Shown here: piece after piece, positions 53,863 through 64,000 of the stretch | Numbering within the stretch: position 1 is the first letter of the stretch | Layout: every line of letters begins with the position of its first letter | DNA from: Paramecium tetraurelia | Lineage: Eukaryota | Length of the DNA stretch: 64,000 bases | Direction: 5' to 3' | Assembly: GCA_000165425.1 (NCBI GenBank) | Contig: CT868671.1 | Location: forward strand, 129,027 to 193,026 | Notes under the pieces: generated by a model | Seen by the model: only the letters and a program-made list of their open reading frames with translations | Database searches by the model: none | What the model was told of the DNA's origin: nothing | Position numbers and translations under genes: made by a program

Positions 53863-55490
53863 ATGGAAAATTAAAACGAAAATCCAGTAGAGACTAAAGG
53901 GTAAGTGGAAATTTCTCAAAATCTATAAAACTAAGAGTCTTAATTAAATAATGAAGACAATGAAGTTAATACTAAACCTGAAGAGTTGGAAGAGAAAAGT
54001 GAGAAAGAGAAAGTTGATAATTAATCAAAAATTGATCAATAGATCAATAATTAGTTAATAGAGGTTGAAAATCAAGAAGAGAACGAATTATAATAATAAA
54101 AATAAAACCCAGTGTTAATTGGATAAGACAACTTAAATATCTAAGAATATTTAGAGAAATAGTTAGAAAGATATAAAAAAATCGAAGCTTAATGTGTATA
54201 ATAAAAGGATAAGAAGGTTATTAAACGTATAATGTCCACACTTGAAGGTCAGTTGGAAAAATTGAAACTTAATAATTTAGATCAAATAACGAATGATATC
54301 AGCAACTTCGGTGGGATTAGTTTAATTAAAGAACTTGAATAAACAGAAGAGTCTTTCTTTTCTTAATCTAAGATATAAGTTCATCTAAAGGAAATTTATA
54401 AGTTTTATTCTAAAATATTCTATGTCAGAGGTCCATCAGATGATTTCACAAGAATCAATCATGAATCCCAAACATTAACAGAGGGTAAATTTATGATATT
54501 TTGTCGACAATTTGGATTGATAGATGAAAAAATCCATCACATTAAGACTTAATCAAGCCATTCCAAATCAAATAGAATTTTAAATGATGTATTCGCAACC
54601 AAGCCTAATAAATTGGTTCCTGCTTCATAAATGAGTCATCTTTAAGAATAAATGCGAATACTATCTTTTAAAGAACTTGTATATTAATATACTTTATATA
54701 TTAGAATCTACTATTTAGGAGAATTAATCAAAATTAAAATGAAATTACCTTTATAAATTTTGTCCTTTTATTGAAAGAACTCTCTAAACTCATGTATAAG
54801 GATTAAACAAGAGCTGAGATTAAATTATTTTAATACATGGAAGTAGATTCAACTTAGTTTAAAAAAAAAATGAAATCCTTGAATATTCCATTTGAATCAA
54901 AAGATGCAAAAGGTTTTAGAAAACCTGAGGGATTATAATTATAAAGGTTTATAAATTATTCTACTGATGAACTTAAATCGAAAAGAATTTTGGTGGAAGA
55001 ATGGAAAAATGTAAAAAAATAAGAATTAAGGGATAAAATAATATCATAAGCAGATAATTCAAGATCTAAATCTATATTTTTTGAACCATCTTACATTAAA
55101 ACTAATAATTATAGGGAAAGAAAATTACGAATGATCGGTCTAGATGCAAATTCTAACTAGGTTGTAAATTGGGAGAAATTGGATAAGTTAGATCCTAAAC
55201 TTCTATTACATGAGGAATTCAAACCTGAAGATTTAATAGAGGAAGATGAAGATGAGGATGACAAGTATTATTTACGAAGTTATGGCTTATCAAGATAAAA
55301 AAATGAGGATGTGAAGAAGTATGAATATATGATTATGATTTATAGAATATCTTCAATAGATCAGAAATTATTAAAATATCAATTAAAAACTGAATCTACC
55401 AAAAGGTGTATCTCAAACATTTCAAAAATAGAATAAAAGTTTGAAGGTAAATCTTCTTACCTAAAACTGCCTAGATTATAGAAGAAATGA
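53863..55490 (+). CDS. Acidic hypothetical protein with a p25-alpha/TPPP-like helical region
   Basis: MENQNENPVETKG...HLKEIYKFYSK...LTEGKFMIFCRQFGLID...ITFINFVLLLKELS; 2 short introns; ends KLPRLQKK-TGA. Confidence 0.7.
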
Positions 55491-55974
55491 AACTATAATA
55501 TATAAAGTTTTTATAATTTATAATTAAAGAAAATATAATATATCTAGCAATTCATAGAATAAAAATGAATTTTCAAAGGAAAATAGATAGGTAGCTGATA
55601 CTGGATGCATTAGACACATTCTGTATAAAAGGTTTAGATTAGTTTGTTATTGTGTGAATATAAAATTAATAAGTTGGTGGATTTTACATCAGTGCATATC
55701 TATACTCTATCTATGATTTGAGATTAAAAATCTTGTATTTCACTCATCTAAGTTTACCAATGTTTAATGTTCAAGTTTAAGATCTGGTATAAGAGTATAA
55801 TTTCTGTGATTATTGTTTATATATATGCATACGTGCAGTTATTTAATATATATATATCTATTGACCTATTTTCAATTGCATATCATTTATATCACCAATG
55901 AGTACACACAAATAAAAATATATGAATATATGATTCTTGATTTTCCAAAGAAAAAGTGATTTATATATATTAAT

Positions 55975-57611
55975 ATGGATAAATTGTATAATTCTTTGGC
56001 TCCAAAATTCAAAGGGATAGCAAACTCCTACAAAAGCTTGGCCTCTCAGACCAAACAAATTGCTTCAAATACAATAGATAAATTAAGCAAACAAGCAATT
56101 TAAGGAGACATCGTGGCAATAAGCAATAGATTATTTTGGATGGAGTATCCATCCAATGATAAAATAGAAAAATTATCGAGTTATTTAAACACTAACCATC
56201 AGAATCATTACTATATTTGGAATGTTGGAGAAAGAGAGTTTACGACAGAATGGTTTTGCAATTAAGTAGAGTGAAAAAGTAAGTAGGTTGCCAATCATTC
56301 ACATCCAGGATATCCATGTCCACCATTGATCGAGCTCTTGATGATTTGCAAAAACATAATCTATTTTCTAAGTAGTGATAGGAACAATATTGCAATTGTG
56401 TGTTGCCAAGAAACAAGGGGTAGAAGTATCATGGTAATATCATCATTGTTGGCTATTATGGGTGCTGGCTATGTAATTTACAATATTATAAAATGATAGC
56501 CAGGCGAATGTTTATTAAGAGTATGTGAAAAAACAAACACCAAAGACTTTTAGGCCTTGTTTCCATCTTAACATTAATATATTACGTATGTTGGGAATGT
56601 TTTAAATGGTCTTAAATTAAATAGTTCTTGTTTGAGATTAATATCTATTGTTATATCTGGTATTCCTAAAGTGTAAAATTGTACTATGTTCAGACCATAT
56701 ATTTAATTATTCAAGAATGATAAACCAATATTTAATTCTTTGACTGATGGTGAATTAAAAAATTATTAATAAGGGGATTTGAGTTGCATTTTTGATCTTA
56801 AAGGAATCGAAGTAAAAATATTATCAATTTCTTATAATAGCTTTCAGATGATATTTTAATTAGATGCAAACACTTTGAGAATAACAAAACTAGAGTGGCT
56901 TTATTCAGAGTGATGTTTAATTGTTCATTTTTATTTGACAATGTTCTTAGAGTGTGGGATAGAGAATTAGATAAGAGTCCATAAATGAAAACAGAAAAAG
57001 ATTTTTTTGTTGATTTTATTTTTGAAAGAGGAAATTAGAAATCATTCTAAACTGCAGATAGACCTTAAACTTTTAGTAATGATACCAAGTCATCTAATTA
57101 ATTATTATTATAAATTGTATAGGAATGCAAAGGATTAGTAGTAAAAGAAAAACATGTTATTGATGGATTGGAAGTACAAGAATAATAACAAAAAACAAAA
57201 GAAGAAGTATTCAGTTTAGGAAATGAAACAGAGAAAAAAGATAATGAAGATTCAGATGAAAAGTTGCCATAATTAAAACAATAATAAAATAATAGAAGTC
57301 CACAAGACAACATTCAGCCATAATAATTATTTACAGAATAAGTTAAAAATCCGCCTTAATAGTAATAAGAATAGTCAGTATCACCTAAATAATAATAGTA
57401 ATAAGTATAATAGGAATAAAAGGAATAAAAGGAAACCCTCAATTAATAGTAAGTTAAATAAAAAGATAATTTGTCTGACGAGAGTGAAGATGATGATGAA
57501 TAATTAGTTGCTAAATTTGAACAAAAGATCTAAACAAAAACAGGAGATAGTGACGAAGATTGTGATGATTTCTTAGATAATTTAATTAAGTAAGGAGATA
57601 AGCAAGAATGA
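55975..57611 (+). CDS. PTEN/tensin-type phosphatase-like domain plus C2 domain, with a Q/E-rich tail
   Basis: ISNRLFWMEYP; YIWNVGERE; NIAIVCCQETRGRS; PSQHQYITY; FRPYIQLFK; ALFRVMFNCSF; 3 short introns. Confidence 0.88.
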
Positions 57612-57659
57612 TATAAGAAATTAGTAATTCCAATTGATAATATTATTAATATATTATTA

Positions 57660-58397
57660 ATGTAAAAATTCCATTTGTTTCTAATAGTTGCAGTGTTCAG
57701 TTGTGATATAGATGAAGCTGCAAAAGCCTTCAAATCTAAACAAATTAGAGATCCCATATTTCCATACACAAAGAATCCTTATGAAATTGTTGATCCTAAT
57801 TATCTATAAAAGGTGTCGGATAACTTAAAAGATACCACTAGTGTGTGTGCTATTAAATATGATGACTACGAAAAGCAAATGTAATCAGACCTTAATTTTA
57901 GATATCATTTAAAACAATTTAATTCAAAGGAAGAAGCAGAAGAGAATTAATTCATTGTGACTCATTAAGGAAAATGTGGTGCATGCTCTACTTTGTAAGA
58001 TTTAGCTGTTTATCTTACAACTGATTTGACTAGACCAGTAAGAAAGTGTGGTTTAATGTATGGATTGTCATAACATTATCTATTAAAATGTATCAAGGGA
58101 TTAGGATTCACAGATACATGTGCTTAAGTTTGGTTGTACAACACTTTAAATACAAAAAAATCATGTTTTTGGCCTTGTATGTAATAAATTCATCCTAATT
58201 CTAAAAGTACATCTTTTCTGACAAATGAAGATTTCGTAAAAAATGGAAAGCTAAACAAATGTTTGTAATGTGACGAAGATATCTCTGGACCTATATTTAA
58301 ATATGAATCTGGAAGAACTAGACGAAACTCAGGCATTAAATCAGAAATTGATAGACCAGATGATTAAATTTATGACATCACACATTGTTATTATTGA
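57660..58397 (+). CDS. Secreted Cys-rich protein of unknown function
   Basis: Signal-like MQKFHLFLIVAVFSC; VTHQGKCGACSTLQDLAVYL; CLQCDEDISGPIFKYESGRTRRNSGIKSEIDRP; 2 short introns. Confidence 0.85.
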
Positions 58398-58436
58398 GCA
58401 GGATAACGCAATTATTATTAATAATTATCTTTAATA

Positions 58437-59517
58437 TCATGCTTCTGGAACAAATTCTCCTAATCCTACTAATTTTGCCAAGTACTTTCCGTATTTTGTT
58501 AAAAAAGTAGACAATTTCGGTGTATGCGATTCAACCTTAAGGGCAAATAAATCTGAAATAGTCAAATAAATGAATCCATTATCTGCGGCTGCCTAAATAA
58601 CTGATGATTGATTACTTCCATAATAGCATTTACTTATTTTGTACGATTGATAGGTAATTATAATTCTTCCTAGGCCAAGGTCTGAAATTCCTCTCCAAAT
58701 ATCATCTAATTCTTGATGACTTATGGTAATTCATCAGTTGATCTGAATCTCAAATCCATATCTAAATTCTTAAAATGTTTTAAGAATGCCAAAGGAGGAG
58801 ACTCCAAGGCTTCTTTATCGATTCCTTCAACGAATTTTTCTATTCCTTGATAAAAGTTCTTCGTCAAATATAAATTCAATTCAGCTCTTTTTATTATTTA
58901 TAAATATTGTTTACCTAATTTGTTTCAAGAATGCTGCTCCCACTCTCTCTCCTTTAGATACAGCTTATACCAATTCTTCAAAATCATAGTTTGCGTCAAA
59001 TTCAAAGTTTAAATAATTATCTTACTTCTTTACCATCTCTCTTAATCCTTAAGTTACTAAAATCAATTACCATTTTCTAAAATCACTTCAAGACTTCCTT
59101 TCAGTTTACTTTCTTCATCCTCTCTAAGTTTAATGCTGAAATAAACATAGGTTTCATCTGAGTGAATCTTACATTCAAAGGCCTCAAATCGAGCTAATGA
59201 TTCAATATTAACATATTATACGTCTATCCTTTATTTTTTATATTGATTCAATCAAGGCTTCCTTTTTGCCTGGTTAATATCGGAGGAAACAAACAAGAGC
59301 CCAGTCAATATCTATATGATCTCCAACTATATTCTTGAGTGTATCATATTAATCTATTGCCTTTTACTCATTAAAGTGGACTTCAGCTCTCAATTAGAAA
59401 TGCAATTCATTACCTAAAGGAAACTGGACCTTTTTCAAAATCGTCACCAAAAGCAACTCCAATTCGAGACTGCTCGTAATTAGATTATAATGGATTATCC
59501 TGTTTAACTTAATTCAT
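58437..59517 (-). CDS. Hypothetical protein
   Basis: MNQVKQDNPLQSNYEQSRIGVAFGDDFEKG...; several short introns; ends LVGLGEFVPEA-TGA. Confidence 0.7.
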
Positions 59518-59537
59518 ATTAATTATACACAAAAAAA

Positions 59538-62500
59538 TCACAATTTTTTTTATGTTAATAAACCCATCGATTTATTTAGGTATCGTTTAGGTGATAATAA
59601 TAGTAAGGCAGCCTAGCATGTTTCGATTGAATCTTTTTGCATCTTTAAGATTAGATTCCCCAAGAAACCTATAATACAAAAACCAGCTACACCCACACTC
59701 AAAGTGAAAATTAACAGTGTTTGTTTGTAGAAATTCAAAGACTGATCAAACTGTTAATAGGCAGTATCAATTATTTACTTCTGAGCCTTGATTATTAATT
59801 CACTTCCATAATCTATATAAATTAAGTGTTCTTAGCTCTAATAAAATTCGAAAAGAGTCTCCTATGAATTTTTCGCATTTTGGTCATCAAAAAAGTAAGG
59901 ATATTAAGATATGATTTTGTCAACTTAAGTCAATAAAGATTTCAACCCTTATTAATAGTATGGCAGTAGCCAAGGATTTAAGGTTATAGCATCCGTTGAT
60001 TCACAATCAATGCCAATTCCAATCTCACAAATATTGTTCTAATTTATAGTATCGAGATTAAATTTCAAATTATTATCGATAAGTGCTGAAAAGAATTCAT
60101 TTGAATATTGTTAAAAATAATCTGTTGTATCACCACTTAGCACTTACGCATAGGTTTAATAAGTTTATACCGACATGACATTATCGAATAGTAAATCATT
60201 CACACTTGAAAATGCTACTAAATCCATATTATTGATTAAATTAATCACTGACGATTAAACTAATTTGAATTTAAATAGGATTTCTACATTGGATAACAGA
60301 TCCTTTGATAGAATAAAAATAACTAAGAAGATTATTAAAAAGTAAGCTAAAATAACAAATAATCCAACCATTAATATCACAAAGTATTTTACCTATCTCA
60401 TTTATGATTTCTTCAATTTCTCCATCAAATTATACTTATTCTTCTTATTCGATGATGAGACTGCTCCTTAACTTATGTCTGTATGCATTTCTCTCCCTGG
60501 AGTAATTGCATTTGTTCTATGCTCTCTAGTAATCTCGAACATTTGAGATTCTTAAACAAAATCAATCAACATCCATTCATAAATAGATTTTTTGAAGATA
60601 TTCACAACAGTTTCATATATTTCAATTTCATCATTTACTTCATTTGATTACAATTTAATAATTTCCTTGTAAAATGTACGATGACTCTTTCTTAATTTTC
60701 CAATTAATGGAATGTGTGAAAACTATAAAATCATAACCAAAAAGAAGATGACTACCATATAAACGATTAAGAGAGTTTAATATGTATTTTCATTAGACAC
60801 CTTATCATCAAAACAGTAATCATAAGCCTTTTGTGGTAATTATCCAATCCCCTCAAGATTTGCAACAGATGCTAATGTTAAAGAGGAATTATATTTGAAA
60901 TTAACTCTTGTTTCATTTTATTTTAGCCGATAGAATTAACCAAGAGTAAACTGAATTATTTATTACAGTGTTGGTTTTATTTACACCTTATCTTCTATAT
61001 CATAAAACAAGTCTAAGCTAACTTACACTTGATTGATTTCAATAATTTAACTACTTGAGATATCTATCAGCTACTACAATTCAGAAAAGATTTGTTTTTC
61101 ATAAAATTACTTTAAAATATCAATATTATCTATTTGCAGTAAATCTGACAATTCCAAACGATATAAACTATGAGTAATTTGAGAGTATGATTTTTAGGTT
61201 GCTATCATTAATTCAAGCAAATCGTAGCATTCACTTAGATTATATTATTTTTATACGGCAACAGAAATCAGAATGATGTAACTTACTATTAAAATAAATG
61301 TTGTAATCAACAGATATTTTTGAATTTTGTATGAGTTTGGATTTTTCATATCTGAAGTTTTCTATTAAACAACCTTATATTGAGAATCAAATAGTTTTAA
61401 ACCGTCAGAATATTTGACTTAAAACTCTTCAAAGATCTGCTATTAAGACCCTTTACTCTCTACAGGTATTTTAGATTCATTATCATTAAAAAAGTCTTGC
61501 TGTTTCTTTTTTTGATTAATCCTGGCCAAAGCTTTGAAAGCAATCTCTTTTTCAGGAAACTTCAAATTTGAATAAGATCCCTTAAATTATATTTCTTCTC
61601 TACTATGATCTGAATTCACAGTAACTTAACTCTTCTTTTTTTGACCTCCCTAAGTTTTGGTATCTTTTTCTAATAAAGGCTTACTCTATCTTGATCTACC
61701 GCTTAAAAGCATTCCTTCAGACTTACCATCTTATCTTGGACTGTATATTTAATCAGTTTGTAAAATCTGATTATTTTCTACAAAATAAATGTCTTCATAA
61801 TAATGTGAAGGATGAGATGGGAAATTGTAATTGATGATTTCTCCTTCATGTACACTTCTTTATTCACTTATATTCCCTTATATGCTCATGGAATCTTCTA
61901 CCTCTGATCTTTATTCTAATAGCAACTTCTTTTATTAATAATTTTAGTATGTCTATTTGATTGTCTCTCTTAATTATCTTTTGTATCCCTTTTCAGTATT
62001 CAATAATTGTTAATCATTCACAATTAATTCGATTACAAACATCTATTGTTTATGATCAGTATCATTTTTCTTATAACGATATTCCTCATAAAAGACTGAA
62101 TAAACAACAGGAATAGGATTGAAATCTTGGGGTGTAAATTTCTCAATGTATTTTGAATATCTATCTTAGTATATTTTTTCAGCCCTTGTTTTTAATTACT
62201 CACTATCTTCTTCACTGCTAATGGTTTGTTTTTCAGGTATAGATGATTTGGATGAGGGTCTCCCTTAACTCTTCTGCATTTCTGATTGTCTTGTCTATCC
62301 AAATAATAATGCTTGATGTCTTTTCAAGTGTTCCTCATAGAAGAATACACATAACTTCTCATCAAAAATAGTGACCACTTAAACCAAACTTTATTGATCA
62401 CTCTCTTGATATTCACTTCTTTATCCTCCTCTATATGCACTCCCAGATGAAAAGTTATTTGATTAGACTCTTAGATCATCAACAATCTTTGTAATTACCT

Positions 62501-64000
62501 TGTCGTACTATTAAACAAATAAATTTAAATCTTCTGGAACAAATAAATAAGTTTCTTTATTTTAAACTACTTAATTTCCATTTTCTAAATCAATTAGATT
62601 TGCATATCTATTTTTTGGAGGTGCTTATCCATTCATTAAGAATTCTATTCCAGTTGATTCTATTTCCCTTGAAATGAATGGCAAAATCATCCAAATCAAC
62701 ACTTTATTATAAAAGTCATCAATTTACAAAATTGCATTCGACCATTTCTAATCGAACACATCATAACTGATTATATTTAATCTAAATACCTTTCAGATTC
62801 GACTGATGAGTTCTCTGATTTTGATTTCTGTCCACTTTATTGTAAAATCTCATCATTTTCATGATACGTTCCTACTTTGTTTTTAGTTACCAATCTCTAC
62901 AACCTTTCAATCATTTTATATAACCCTTTAGTTATACCCATGATATTCCCATTCACATCAAATAGAATGTGTTGAGCTCCTTTAAATGCAATATTCTTTA
63001 ATTTCTTGCCCTCATCACCTACAAACTTTGGTTATTCCTCTTCCAATGACTTTAAACATCCAATCATTGTAAAATCATCTTCTAATTCTTAACTAAAATT
63101 ATGTGCCAAATAAACTTAACATCTTATCAATGTTTTATCATACAATTTTGCAAATGTTTAAAAATACTTACCAATTCTTGCCGTAACTCCTCTTCGTATA
63201 TAATTCTACATTATTTCATCATGAATCGGTTCTAGCCATACAGGCATCAAAGTATTGATGTTACCTTTAGTGAAATCTACAAAGGCATTCGTTGGATTAG
63301 GAAATTTTCCAAATCCAAAAAATTTGGGGATCAAAGGAGAAATTACCTTATTTAATACTTTTCCGATATTTGGACCAAATGCTATGCAAACTTTTACTGA
63401 TATTGCTTCTCCCTTAAAAAAGTTAATGTTCGTAATTTCAAACGAATTCATACTCTTCTCAAATGACAGAATTTCTCTCCTTTCTAATGATAGTATTAAT
63501 CTTTACCTTTCTCCATTTCAAAATATTTTCTTACATTATTAAACAATAATAGATCAATTAAAGCGTTTACCTTCAAAAATTGTACATTATAGGTTCTCCC
63601 ATTTTGATAAAATATTTGATAATAAATGTTAAATTGATACATAACATCATCTCTTAATTTCTATAGTTTTTTTATTTGGTCCTCAATTTAAAGATAATCT
63701 GAGAATTTGCCCTCTTTAAATGATTTCCAGAATTAAGATTTAAATTGACTAACCTCTGTTAATAGAGGTATCATATTTTGTTTAACTTGTTCCATTTAAT
63801 AAAGATTTTGAACTATACTTCTTTCACTTTTGCTCACCTATAATTTCACATTCGAAACTCTGGTCTCTTTATTTATATTATAATCCTCATCTTTTTGCAT
63901 TTAAGCTTAGAGTATGAATTGTAATAATAAACACATTTAAATGAAATAAAACGAGTAATCTCGCTTTTTCTAAAAAAAGATTTTAAGTTCTTAATAAGTT
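59538..64000 (-). CDS. Second large PAS-domain/TmcB-like membrane protein (5' end outside window)
   Basis: PAS-like FTKGNINTLMPVWLEPIHDEIMQNYIRRG; C-terminal TM pairs; ends QAALLLLSPKRYLNKSMGLLTQKKL-TGA. Confidence 0.8.

Noticed and set aside
59552..59710. Plus-strand ATG ORF
   Set aside because: Overlaps the clean C-terminal coding region of the minus-strand PAS protein.
1..64000. Telomeric repeats, retained IESs or intact transposons
   Set aside because: No C4A2/C3A3 tracts, no transposase or reverse-transcriptase motifs, and no clear TA-bounded insertions interrupting conserved genes were seen by eye.

Overview
AT-rich ciliate DNA, most likely Paramecium macronuclear genome. TAA/TAG read as Gln, TGA is the only stop, GT-AG introns are about 20-30 nt and intergenic spacers are very short, so the supplied standard-code ORF track is largely misleading. 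Ordinary genes include a Rab GTPase, 14-3-3, V-ATPase subunit E, an IQ/MORN protein, two large PAS/TmcB-like membrane proteins, a PTEN-like/C2 protein, an EGF+7TM protein, several hypotheticals and one tRNA-Trp(CCA). The window is dominated by an expanding family of predicted secreted proteins: signal peptide, two 'LPPHY..WKIDSWD' domains, furin-like Cys repeats and a C-terminal domain. It has 6 apparently intact copies and at least 5 relic fragments, a hypervariable third exon and mosaic, gene-conversion-like tracts, set within multi-kb segmental duplications. A ~13.9 kb inversion (breakpoints ~3487-3493 and ~17397/17398) can be reconstructed almost to the base; it split a coiled-coil/RING gene and one family copy. 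All translations and comparisons were done by eye; no searches were run.
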